DNA of 63,923 bases, counting the filler, from Choristocarpus tenellus KU-1152 (taxonomy: Eukaryota; Protista; Phaeophyceae), in the NCBI GenBank assembly GCA_964200185.2. It is 12 parts of 12 records of this genome, joined end to end, with 100 filler letters (N's around TTAATTAATTAA, not from the genome) between each part and the next. Parts side by side here need not be neighbours in the genome. Positions count along the whole stretch, not along the records: positions 1 to 9,050 come from CAXNAD020004046.1; positions 9,151 to 15,641 come from CAXNAD020008012.1; 10 more parts are not named here. One strand, given 5' to 3'. A program made the position numbers and the translations under genes. The notes beneath the pieces are model-generated. The model had not been told where the DNA came from and searched no databases. It saw only the letters and a program-made list of their open reading frames with translations. The first letter of the stretch is position 1. Each line of letters begins with the position of its first letter. Below are positions 1 through 12,600 of this stretch, in pieces.

Positions 1-72
1 ACGAAAAAAGTGAAAATCGAAAAAAGGGTGAAAAACGGACACCGACACCCCACCCCCCAGATACTTTGACCC
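1..72. mobile_element. MITE end (subfamily C) with terminal repeat CCCCCCAGATACTTTGACCC
   Basis: Near-identical to 42870-42926 and to the reverse complement of 27861-27905. Confidence 0.7.
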
Positions 73-600
73 CAAGGTACCTGTGCCAGCCACAGCAAAT
101 GGGAAGAGGTATAAGAATCTCAATACCAATGATATCATCCCAGAAATCAAGGCCCGCATTCCTAGGCTGGAAGGGCACATCATCTTTGTGCAGCAGGATG
201 GGGCAAAGCCACACACCAAGGGGGACACCAAGGGGGGAATAATGGAGGCAATTGAGAAGTTGGCCAGGGACGAAGTTGTCATAGAGACCCAGTCAGCTAA
301 CTCACCTGACCTCTATGTCAACAACCTGGGATTCTTTCATTTTGCCGAGTAACTGAAGAAAATTGTGGGGGTGACCAACACAGAGGAGCTGGTGGAGGCC
401 ACAATGGATGTACCTCTGTGAGACTCCAGAGCACGTCTGGTAGAGCATCGTTGCAGTCTACGGTGAAATGCTGGGGTCGAAGGAGGACAATGTCTTCAAA
501 ATTCCCCATCTTAGCAAGAAAAGGTTGAGAATGTGGCCAAGCTTCCCGGTGGATGCAGAAAAATAATGCGCTGAAATGGAATTTTGGAGGGTTTCAGGGG
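73..600 (+). pseudogene. Tc1/mariner (plant-mariner/DD39D-like) transposase remnant, C-terminal part
   Basis: ORF 83-352 contains IFVQQDGAKPHT...ETQSANSPDLYVNNLGFF, matching mariner QQDNA(K)PH and QP(A)NSPD(L)N(V)LDLG(F)F motifs. Frameshifted downstream. Its 5' side is interrupted by a MITE end (1-72). Confidence 0.75.
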
Positions 601-1543
601 TGGCATCATAGATAGGTGTAGGCTGCCTCATTTTGCTTGAGATTTTGGTGGACAACCTCTTAGTGTCTCCACATTATACCCCCAAAAAAATGAGCACGAG
701 AAAAGAAAACTTGCTTCTTCACAAGGGCCGCAAAATGTATGTTACACTTGATTCCAAACAGGGGAAGTGCGAAATAGGAATTGCATAAGAAACAGCTCCA
801 TCATGTTGAGAAAGATGACCTGCTCAAAAATGTTTAGCATTGGTTGAGTAAAGTGCTACATAAAAACTCACAGTTCACTGAGAAAAAGCAGGGAACAATG
901 TACACTGTAACTTGATGCTAAAAAAAACACACCAACAGTCTTGAGGTTGAAATCAGACATTAGGTTTGCACTAGCTTTGGGATGTTGGGGTCACTGTCTG
1001 CAACTGTCAGATTTTGTTTTTCCAAAATTAACATTCAGCGAGATTGAGAAAAAGCCAGTTAGTAGACAGCATGATGATGTTAGAGATCATCAATGGTGTA
1101 AGTTACAACCTCTACAGTGTTACTAAAGACACTTGCAGTCATATGTGGTTCCACACATCAAACTGCAGCAACGTTTTGACCATTGTCATGCACAAATCTA
1201 AACCGTTTGAGCTATGGATTAGTCTCATGTAAACAATCCTGGGATTTGTTGTACCACTAAACAACGAATTCTTAAGGAGTAATCATCTTAAAGGAGAATT
1301 CAATAGTACTGAGAAATTGAGTCAAACATTAACCAAAAAACCATTTTTAAATGTCACATATCTCCTTCTCTATCCTGTTCCCTCATATCCTTGATTGAAA
1401 TAGGGACTTTTCATATTCAAAAACCCTGAAATCATATCTTTACATTCTTGAAACTTACTCCTAATAAGTAGGCACTGTCAAGATTATATCAGCATCTTTC
1501 TTTCATTTTATAGTGTGCTCTTTCATGTCCTTGAGGTTCTCAC

Positions 1544-4500
1544 CAGTCAGAACCAAGGACTTCAATGTAATACCCAGCGGCAACTAGTCCTTGAAAGAGG
1601 CTCTTGAAGTTGGTGTGAAGATGGTCTCCATGCCGATCCAGCATATCCCCTTCATTCGCTGATAAGGGGATGGGGAGAATTAATTAAAACGACCTGGTAA
1701 ATAACAGGAGCATTGTAGCTGTTGAATACTTAGCAATCAACAGATGTATACGGTGATCACAATAATTAGGTGCTGGCATGCCAATCTCTTGTCTGAAAAT
1801 AATCTTAGACAAAGTCACAAAAATCCTTGGCAACAAGACACTGTGAAGTATAACCAGCATGTGGAGTGTCATCACCCAGGGAATCAATTGCCACCTAGAG
1901 TCGCAATGCAACATACAAGAAAGGGAAGCAGTCTGATGGTACATTTGGCAAAGCACCTAGAGCAAATGCATGACCCTACTCATCCATGACCCATGTCTCA
2001 ACAAAGAAGCTGGGAGTTGTCCTTGCCCTTCCATACAAATTCAAATACTCTCAATACTGAATGTGCAGTACTAGTATTTTCGGAATAGTGCAAGGCACAA
2101 GACTTGCACATTTTCTCTTCCCCATTTGAACACCAAAATATTAAAAGAATGCTCGAGAGAAACCTATACTATGAAGAACAAACCTGGCATCACATACTTT
2201 GTTCATAGAAAAAATTGATCCCAATCCAATAAGAGCATGAGGCACAACCGTCATGTTCTTCTCCAAAATGCCAAAACATCACTGTTCTACCGAGACCAGT
2301 CTACTGCAGCACAAGTGCCTTGATGGAAAAGTGGTACCTCCATTTTTTTATAGAAATCATGAAGCAGAGGTTACAGGTCTGAATCTTCTTGGAGTATATA
2401 GCTATTTCAACTCCCAACATTGAAAGGACATAGGATAGAGTACACTGAGGTGTCCTGTATGGTTCTTGGAGATCCATTAAGACATAGATCTCCACCTGGA
2501 AAGATGCAGTGATTAGTACAGTGAAGGTTAAAGTGTTGAGCCTGGTAGAGCTCTGACTTCCAATGTTATGTACGTATTGATGTACCACCACATCACCAAG
2601 GCACTAGCCTTGGTACAAGACATGTGCCCAAGTGGAACAATTGACATCTCATTCTTTGAAAGATATTGCACCAAATGCAGACAATGCTACAAATGTCAAT
2701 CACCCAACATTTTCAGAATTTCACATTTTTCTTACCCACCATCACCTTCATCTCCTTGTAAAAAAAGTTCCTACCCTATGATCTTTGAAAACTGCCAAGC
2801 ACTATTCCAAAATTACCTGAGGATATACTGCAATGTCAACGTCAGAAGCAGATGATACACTTGTCTGATAAAAAGGATAACTCGATAATATAAATCCTAT
2901 GTGCTGGGGTAAACAAGGAGTAATCCCTCCAGTTTGAAGAGAGGTGGTAGGACCTCCATGTTACAGGCGCCCCTCGAGGCTCACCTCCAGACCAAAAGTA
3001 TCTGGGAGGAGGGGGGGATCTACACCACGGTGTCCATTTGGGCCAAAATCAGGAAAAATATATTTTTATTATCCATCGGATGTGTGCAACCAAATCACAC
3101 AAAAATAGCGACATGAAAAAAATTGACCCCAAATGGACAGCCGACACCCCCCTCAGATACTTTGAGCCAGACGCTCAGAATTAGAAAAAATAACTATGGA
3201 TTAGGTTGATGAGTTAGATAAATATGAAGTATGGAGATTATGTAGAGACCTATACAGTGAAGCTGTGCTCACTGAGGTTCACATAGCTATGCCTTACTCC
3301 AAAAGACAGAAATCAATTTAGTTTCAATACTGTATCACATTGTTAAATCCAGCCCCCCCAATCAGCTCCCTACCATGACCCTACAAGATCTTGGATAATT
3401 CAAATCGTTGATACCGAAGCATTCTAGTTCAGCAACAAGAAGGTTATACACACCTAGATAATCCCTGGGAGAATACGCTGAAGGGTAGGAGATGCTATGG
3501 AACTGGTCCCAAAGAAGTCGTTTTTCTCGTGGTGGAGTTGGGATAACTCTGACTGTGATCTGCAGGCTCAGGTCTGTGCTACGTGGATTCACTTCACCAG
3601 CACAAGGGTCTGACTGTATCTGTATCTGCATAGCCAGCAGCACATTTAGTAGGACTGATAGGTCAGCACCATATTAAATCAGCATCCAGACAACACAATC
3701 AAAACAGTCCCACCATAGATAGGCTACTGTTGGCAGCAGTCCCAGTTTAATTGTTCTTCAGGAAATTGCTCAAATACAGATAGATGAGGTACAGTAGAGG
3801 CATCGTGAGCTAGACAAAGGGTACAAGGCTCATGGCAAGACACAAAACAACTGGCATAATTGTTGATCATTAATCGTTAAATGGAGCACTTTAGGACACA
3901 CACAATGGAAGGAAGACAAACCTGCAGGTCGCCGCTGACAACTCCCTCATACCCACTGCCCTCCTTGCTTATTCTCAATGCCACCGACAAGTATCTGCCT
4001 TAGGGTTAGGGTTAGAAAAAAGATCATGAGAAAAGAGATCATGAGGCAAAGTATATTAGAGGGTAGGGCAACGTCTATTTGGGGGCCAAGATCCATTGTT
4101 CTGATTTCTATAAAATTTTAACTATCGTGTTTGTTAGGAAGTGTCAATATCCTTGTTCCGGACACACCTTTCATTACATACACATATTACCTACTACGAA
4201 ATCTCTTGGAGTAGGTAAAATGTAATGAAAAACCCCATGGGAAGCCAAGCCCAAAATGAAATAACGGGGCAAAACTTGTACCCTAACCCTAAGATACTTT
4301 CACTCTATGCAGGCATTATTGAGCTGGTACAAATTAAGTGCAAGTGATCAGACAAAAGGTTGAGAGAGAAGGGTTCCTAGATAGTGTGATACGCATTGCA
4401 GCAAACTTTACCCTAATCCTAACCTTCAACAGAAAACAGAGGAAGTCATATTTGATGGAGTTAACTCAATACTATTGATTCCCCTTGTACTGTGTAGTGG

Positions 4501-7500
4501 TTGGCAATGATGTTACTGCAAAGAGATTGAATGAATGAACAGCAGTTGGCAAGATAACAATATCATCACAGCATGCAAGCTTGCCCCCTCCCCTGAATAA
4601 GCATATCCTTCTCAGCACATGCTGCAAAGGACAGTGAGGTGTGTGATGACCACCAGCAGAGTATTATGATGAAATGAACTAACACAGGTATTTGTATCCA
4701 GTCATCACAAAGCCCATGATGTCATTATGAGAATACTAGGCACAAACCTCATCCTTAGATATCCACAATGGCCAACACAAATACACAAGCCGGCACCTCC
4801 CTCTTGTCTATTCTTACTTCCAGTTGTCGAGCGATCCCCTTACTAGGGAGGCAAGATAGGCCACAGAGTGTAAGCATCCCATTTGGCATAGTGACAACAA
4901 CTACTTTGTTGGGATTAACTTGTTGATTCTTGTGACACTTCCCCTACCCCTCCATCAAGGCACACATCTTAGAGTTCAACATGCCAACTACTGGGTAGTT
5001 GTATGGGAAAGGGTCAGAAGTTGCGTTCATTCCTAGGGTTAGGGTTAGGGAGAACTCACCCTGACCAAGGCCACAAGATGTCTGGATAGTCCACTTCCAC
5101 CTGCAGCAGCTTTCCTTCTGTGCCCTTAGGCTTCCACTCCACTCGGGAAACCCTGCCTGTGACACCCATGCCGTTGGCTATGGTGACATTTGCCATTGTA
5201 GGCTGAGATCTGTGGTACAGTGGCTAGGGGGAAAAACGGAGGAAGCAGCGGGGGAGGAAATGAATACAAAACACAGTGGTTGGGGATGTTTTTTTGAGTT
5301 AAAACCCTAAGGTGGCATCAGAAAGGTTAGAAGGAAATGTGTTTCATGTTGAGACAGACTGGAACAGTAAAACACAAAAAAGTCACTGGGAGTACAATAA
5401 GCTTTCAAAATGAAAGTGAGCAGGTCATAAAAAAAACCCTGCCAAAGGAATACTATGATGTTATATAGGTACTCACACTCAGGAGGCCGTAAGCATTATT
5501 CAACAAAATGTCATTGGAGCTCCTCTGTCAGGAACAGGGTTGGGGTTCAAGTGTAGTTATGCTTCCTATGCTTTTATGAATGCATAAATATCTAAAATTC
5601 TAACTTTTATTGCCGCTAGGGTTGTGAATAGAGTCTGAGGCAGGGAACAAAACCCAGTTCTAAAAAAATGATCGTATTTCTGCATCCCTCGTCTCTTCAG
5701 GGAACCAACTCTCTCTTTTCTACCGAAAGGTTAGATAAGTATGTGAAACTAACTAACCCTAACCCTAACTCTAACTAACTAACTAACACTAACCCTAACC
5801 CTAACCCAACCAGGTCTGACAAAAATATCCACATGAAGAAATTTGGAAATGGCAGTGAGGTGACATATCTGACAAAGGGTTCAGTGTGGAGAGAAACACC
5901 CTGCGTATCACTTGTCACTCTGGTTGCTCTTGATACCACAGCACAGAGGGAGTACATGTTAGTATATGTTACACACAATCAACAAAGGAAAGGGGCAAAG
6001 CAGGAGTTGATTTAGATGCCAATATGTGGAAAATCCGATTCTTGTTTAATCAAATATTTAAGACCCTCATGTAGGCATAAAGCTAGGACAGGAAAAGCCC
6101 AACTTAGGGTTAGGGTTAACCCGGCTTACAAGAGTAATAACTCTATGTAGAAAAATAGCCAAACGGTTCTCCAAGGTGTTGGGATACCTTTTTTTTGGTG
6201 TGTTTGGAAATGAAGTGACCACTGAAAGGGACTGGACACCCTATGTCTGTCATCACTTTGCTTCCTAACATGTACAAGGACTTCCACACATCTAATACAT
6301 CTCAGGTAGATCTTTGTATCTATATATCTTGTAGGTAGTCTACAGTGTTTCAATTCTTAGGGCTAGGGTTAGGGTTAGGGTTAGTTTCAATTCTTCTCGC
6401 CTGTGCCCTCTTCAAAGAGAGAGCAAATCTGGAGCATGGAACAGGGGTCATCAACATTCTTGCCGGGGAAAAACATGCCTGAAGGCAATAGGGCCACATG
6501 TAAGGACAGTCTGTCATGTCCAGGACAGGAGGAAGCAGAGATGCTCTTGGCGTATAATTCGTAAGGAGGCGATGAGCACCATTGACATCCAGCACCCCAG
6601 CACCCTGCTCAAATATGTTTGCTTTTTGGAGCCGTCCAGCAGACTCAACCAGGACCTAAGAGTTAGGGTTAGGGTTAGAAATTGTGCGGGATGGGGCAGA
6701 TGATGAGGAAATAAGACAATGTACTAGGGGGTCAGATGAATCCATCAGATCACGTGGGAGGAATTGGACTACACATCCAAGGTCCAGTCTTCCAATGGGG
6801 AAATCATTGATCGAGTCTTGGGGAGGTAGAAGATGGCCAACAAGTATCTGGTGCAAAAAGAGTCACCAAATTTCTTCTATGATGGGGTTTTATCAGTATG
6901 TACTAGTCATGGAACCCTTGTTCCCCTTCCCCTCAAAAGATACATACTTGTGTGTATATGAATATACATATATATATATATACATCTATTGTATTCACAT
7001 ATCAAGATGATTTTCACTACTTGGGAAGGAGCAACGCTAATATCATAAGACAGCATCGGTTGACTCACGTATGAGGACTATCCCAACCCTAACCCTAACC
7101 CTAACCCTATATTGGGGACCTTTCTTTGAAAAAAGTAGCAATAAATGTTCCATCTCACACCTCAGAAGCCAACTTTTGTATGAAGGGTAGCAGGAGTCAT
7201 GATGCAAAGGGAGAATAAGGTGCTATTCAAGATTTTGCAACAAATTGCCTTAAGTGCTAAGGCCTTATGCTTAGGGTTAGGGTGTAAAGAACAAAGCCAG
7301 AAAAACTGAAGTTGACACAAGGGTGAGAAGATATGTAGCTTCAAGCTTGGGGATCCAGTGGTGTAATGCTGGGATCAGGAGTAGTGATAGATTTGAATGA
7401 CTTTGGTATATCTGGAACCTTCCCAAGACAACGAAACACATGCACAGTAAAATAAAGAACTGCATCTGCTCCAGAATCAAACAGTTCATGGTAAGGGTTA

Positions 7501-8371
7501 GGGGTGAAGCTGAAGTGTGCAGGCAAAATCCACAGGGTTGGTAGGTGTGTGAATTTGTTACATATCATACAGCATAAGAAACGCAACAGATGAGACAATG
7601 TCAACACTCAGAGGATAGGGCGGCCACTGGGTGATTCCACCCCATTGGCTCGATATGGCACTCAAAAATACAGGGCTGATGTTGCTTCCTCCCAATTCCG
7701 ACCCCCATACTTGCACTTGAAAGCATCAAGCGAGAAAAACAGATTTCCAAGTAAAAAAAAGTAAAAACGCAACCACAATTCAACCACTCCTCATCACAAC
7801 CATTGCCAGAATGCATATAAGTGCGCAATCGGGCAGTACCCCAGCCCTAACCCTAACCTAAATGGTGATATTCTAGGTTATTCAGGGGGTGGTAAGGCTG
7901 CAAGGTACGTCATCCTATTGACTCATCGTGGACCCAACATTTCACTTCATCCTATTTCTAGCGTAGATATTGGGACTTGACCGTTACACCCCTAAACCAT
8001 ATCATCAACGCCATATATCTTGCAATGATTCCTAGCCCTAACCCTAACCTTAGAGGATACAGCTCATGCAAAAACTACTCTATTAATCATACCACTTGAA
8101 AGAAAAAATAGCATTCAACCCTAACCCTAACTTAGTACTCAAATATCTGAACAGTACAAGTCAAACCTGCTTGATTGATGCTGGATTCACAATGTTCTCA
8201 GACCTGCCCCAAGGCACTGTGCTCAGCAGGAGGGTTATGGCGCCAGCTACCACAGGGCTAGCTACACTGGTGCCAGAGAGGCCTCCACACTGCCCTAGAC
8301 CCCCACCAGCCTTTGGACCAAGCACATGCTGTCCTGCCGCAATGATATCTGGCTTTATCCTGCCATAACCC
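1544..8371 (-). CDS. MBTPS1: Membrane-bound transcription factor site-1 protease (subtilisin/kexin isozyme-1), partial, 6 exons
   Basis: Exons 8371-8167 (GYGRIKPD...[14 protein letters not shown] catalytic Ser...VNPASIKQ), 6655-6479 (NIFEQGAG...[14 protein letters not shown]), 5223-5060 ([12 protein letters not shown]...ILWPWSG), 3994-3922, 3625-3454 ([22 protein letters not shown]), 1658-1544 ([11 protein letters not shown]...GYYIEVLG). Intron phases are consistent. 5' and 3' exons were not found in the contig. Confidence 0.93.
2300..2560 (-). pseudogene. Possible highly decayed Ty1/copia RNase H fragment in an MBTPS1 intron
   Basis: [22 protein letters not shown] resembles copia STSGYVFxLxGGAISWxSKKQT. 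Weak match. Confidence 0.3.
2990..3168. mobile_element. MITE subfamily A (~175 bp)
   Basis: TIRs GACCAAAAGTATCTGGG / CTCAGATACTTTGAGCC and subterminal inverted GTCCATTTGGG / CCCAAATGGAC. Homologous to 25398, 26132 and 55587. Confidence 0.85.
4043..4305. mobile_element. MITE subfamily B (~260 bp)
   Basis: TIRs GAGGCAAAGTATATTAGAGGGTA / AAGATACTTTCACTC, flanked by CAT/TAT. Homologous to 20398-20658, 57995-58234 and 42695-42769. Confidence 0.8.
5750..5808. repeat. Interstitial telomere-like (CCCTAA)n/CTAA cluster, representative of more than 20 short clusters
   Basis: ctaactaaccctaaccctaactctaactaactaactaacactaaccctaaccctaaccc. Confidence 0.8.
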
Positions 8372-9050
8372 CTGGAGCGTATTCATATGGACACATTTAA
8401 CAAACTGAGTGCCACTAAACTGGTGTCCCTGGCCAGAGTAGCCTAACTAAGACAGATCCAGTATTCTTGTGGGGATGATAATATCATGGCCTCATTTAAC
8501 ATAGATTTTTCATGTGTCGAAATGGTAAACACATTATTGCAAACAGTCAGGCTTTGAACAGATCCAGGTCTAGAGTTGGACTCAAGATTGCCAAAATACT
8601 CTCACTTTCCATTTTGAAACAGCTACTACTTTAGTGAAAAATAACCCGTGAGAATAAGTGCTATATGCACAAACATACATTCATACTAGCATGCACTACT
8701 GATGGGGTTAGGGCTAGGGTTGAATTGGAAACAATGTGCAGGAGACCACAGAGCACTATCATACTTTGAAATTATTGATGAGGCAGATTCGTTATCTACT
8801 TTGATCGTATTGGTCTCAAAATTCTATCTTGCGTAACATTTTCTGGTTCACTAGTGCCAATGTTGACACTAAGACAGCGAAAAAAGGAGGGGAAAACCCT
8901 AACCCTCGCCTGACCAAAACCACAATATAAAATGAAGGAAAGATCCAAAGTATCTGGTGGGGGGGGGGGGGGGGGGGGCACCCCAAAAAGGACAACAAAC
9001 AACAAAAAAAAAAAAAAAAAAACACGTAAAAAAGCCCTCAAATAAAGACA

Positions 9051-9150
9051 NNNNNNNNNNNNNNNNNNNNNNNNNNNNNNNNNNNNNNNNNNNNTTAATT
9101 AATTAANNNNNNNNNNNNNNNNNNNNNNNNNNNNNNNNNNNNNNNNNNNN
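9051..9150. other. Artificial contig linker N44-TTAATTAATTAA-N44 (also 15642-15741, 20746-20845, 24891-24990, 34759-34858, 39833-39932, 42770-42869, 49047-49146, 52420-52519, 58235-58334, 61277-61376)
   Basis: Identical 100-bp spacer carrying stop codons in all six frames. Genes are cut at linkers and do not continue on the other side. Confidence 0.97.
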
Positions 9151-9643
9151 GGGGTCATTATCTCCTGCTCATCTGTCCCATGTGCGGCAAGCCTATTGTA
9201 CTATATTCTTTGAGAACTTCCGCATCATAACATAACATAACATAACATATAAAATGCCCACAATGTGGGGGTCCTACACTGAAAAATGCCACCTCGAAAG
9301 GAAGGTAGAAACCCCCCATCCATGTCCCTGGCATTGCACAACTATGAAATCGAATCCTGATGCATTTCTGATCCTGTCCACGAGCTGAGAATGAAAGTGG
9401 GCAATGCCACGTGGCAGTTACACCTTCATTCCATCTTACTTGGGGATTTTAAGGTAATTAATGCATACAAAATATGTAAGAACTGCACCATCACCCATGA
9501 ACACAAGAGCGTGAAGTGGGATGAACACTCCAGTGAGGTCAGGGGAGAAGCAAGCATACAGTATGAATGGCATGAATAGCCTTGCGCATCCACTATTGTG
9601 TGCTTATCAATCCATAGAGTATCCACTACTAGCAATGACTTGC

Positions 9644-12600
9644 CTGGTTCTTGGTGGAATCCGTGGTGGTAATGATGCATTGCATCCCTGCTCCGAGAGC
9701 TGCTTCGAGGCCGATCAGGCTGTCCTCAATTACCATGCACCTGTCATCACAGGGGCAACAATAAGCTGAAGGGCTGAGTGAAACATCAAGAAATACATCT
9801 CATTACATTGCACATCTCATTGCATTACACATCTCATTACATTACACATCTCATTGCATTGCACATCTCATTGCTTTAAATATCTCATTATATTACACAT
9901 CTCATTTCATTGCACATCTCATCGCTTTAAACATCTCATTACATTACACATCTCATTGCATTGCACATCTCATTACATTACACATCTCATTGCATTACAC
10001 ATCTCATTACATTACACATCTCATTACCCCCCTTGACAGGACAGGGGTGAGTAATCCACCACTACCACAACCGGCGGTGTTAGGGTTAGGGTTAGGGTTA
10101 GAACTTTTCTTAAATAAAAAATAGCAAAAAATCCACAAGCCAACAAAAGGGCATTGAATTGCGGGAACGTCGTGCCTCCAAAACAATATAAAAATAGACT
10201 GTAGGTGCGGAAAGGTCATGCGATCACTCTCTGACAACTATCTGACAACTAACTGCATGCGGCATGGTCAGGCGTTGCACTTGTTGAAATATCAATGCTG
10301 GTGCAGTACATGGTCCACATCCTTGCAAAACCTCATGAACACATCAGCATAAATATGTATATATACACTATATATATGTACATATATGTATATATATACA
10401 GTACGATGTGCTCTGCATCAAAAGGGGCAAATCGGGAACAGCAGTGTGAACCACTACATATGAAACTCCTTGAATAGTGAAACTTGATATCAGAAAAACA
10501 ACAAGGGTACCTACCATGTACTATTGATGGGGGGATGCTTAAACCTCATCCAGGAGGCACCATTGAGCGTCTCATGTCAGGAACTACACTCGTACTATTA
10601 ACAGGTACTGTACTAGCTACTGTACTGGGCACTGTACTAGGTACTGTACTGGGTACTGTACTGGGCACTGTACTGGGCACTGTACTGGGTACTGTACTAG
10701 CATGGTACTGTACTAGCATGGTACTGTACTAGCATGGTACTGTACTAGCATGGTACTGTACTAGCATGGTACTGTACTAGGTACTGTACTAGCATGGTAC
10801 TTCAGCGTACTTAGGTTAGTACTTAGGGTACATTTAGGCTAACACTTGGGTATATCGAGGATGGAACTCATGTGTGTATAAGAGATGGTGCCTGAGGTGC
10901 ATTTAGAACAGGAAATGGAGTCGTACCGGCTGGGTTCAACACCAAGGTTTGAACTGGCCAGAGAATAGATCATCGGATCGGGCTTTCGCTTTGGCACATC
11001 ATCCCCAGCCAGAATGAGATCAAATTTATCCAAGTTCTCCTTTCCGAGGAGGTTGTCCAAGACAAAGAGGCAAGAGTCCTTCGTAGATGCAGAGCATATG
11101 GCCATCTTCAAGTCCTGCAGTTGGGTCACATCGCGTGTAGTGATAAGCACTATTTAGTTGAGTTTTTTTTTGTTTAACGGGATTGAGGGTATAAATAAGT
11201 ACTCCAAGCAATTATGGTCTTCAAACGACAAAAGAACATTGGGAAAAGTGAATCTCTCATCTTCAGAGATTCAAAGAGGCGGGGGGGGGGGGAGGGTTGC
11301 TGGATCAGTTCGAATTCTCAGGTTCTGCATCAAACATAACGTTTGAAAAAAATCAACAACACAAACCCACTCCAGAGCAACAGGCCTACATAGCATCACC
11401 CCCATTCAATAACCGCTGAAGTGTATGTACTTCTACACATTTATTCTACTGTAGTATGGTGCTATAGGTTAATCAGAAGCCGCAAGCGCTGTGCATTACA
11501 GACATGTGTACACACCAACACATACATACCATCCCGAGGTTAGACGGAATCAGTACGAGAGGGATCAGATCAGCTACTGCTACAAGGCATCCCTATTTTT
11601 TTTTTCCACCCTAGCATCCGAGGGGATGAGAAGGAGGAGATGACTGATCGCAGGGGGGGCATACAGATAAGTACACAATGCGATCAATTGCAGACTGCAC
11701 AAAACAATGATTCACTGTAAGGCTCTTCCCTTTGCACGGGGCTAGACAAGACAATCGGCTACTGGCAGGCGTGTGTGTAGAAGCACTAACTTCGTGTATT
11801 TGGAGAATTTGAAAAGTGGAAGACAGAAAAGAAAGACAAGTACACTAGACAAGAAGACAAGTACACCAGACAAGAACCGCACTACTACAAGCACCCTCTG
11901 ACGACTAGAAGTGTAGCGTACGTATTGTGTGCTTGGTGGTGTAACTCACCGGGGTATCTGCTGCCTGGTTAATGAGTCTTTGCACCCCAGGCCGGAGAAC
12001 TGCAGTACCGTCCTTCACAAAGTCCTTGTATATCTCTGTCTTGCGGTCCTGACAAAGTACAAGCAGAGGTACAAGTATGGGTACAAGTGCAGGTACAATT
12101 ACAGGTACAAGCAAGTATGAGCACAAGTACAAGTACAGGTACAAGCAAGCACGAGCATAGGTACAAGTAAAGGTACAAGCATACGAGCACAGGTACAAGT
12201 ACGGGTACAAGTACAGGTACAAGCAAGTACGAACACAGGTACAAGTAAAGGAACAAGCAACTATGAGCACAGGTACAAGTACAGGTACAAGTACAGGTAC
12301 AGCAAATGATCAAATGAGGATGCCATAAAAGATGCACATGAGCACAAAAGATAGCATGTGTACAAGAAGTGGTACCACTCTTGAAACAACACTGAGAACA
12401 GGAGAAGTGAAGCTGCAAGAGGTAAGTGCAGCATCAAAGAGACAACTCACATAACTGAAATTAGGGTCACCTGAAATGGGGGAGTGAGATCGCCATATAT
12501 TTTCTGGACAATTTTGTCCGGAATTGATAGTGGGTTCTGTTGATGTCTTAGGTCATAAACGGTTTTTGCTTGGATGCAGTTTGCACCGCCCAGTGTACCA

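Noticed and set aside
9095-9106. Recurrent TTAATTAATTAA palindrome as a biological motif
   Set aside because: Six-frame stop linker added during contig concatenation.
9796-10800. CRISPR-like arrays
   Set aside because: Tandem repeats without unique spacers, no cas genes, eukaryotic intron context.
11905-12418. Cys/Thr/Tyr-rich ORFs on both strands
   Set aside because: Products of the (GTACAR)n microsatellite. Only 12048-11950 is a real exon.
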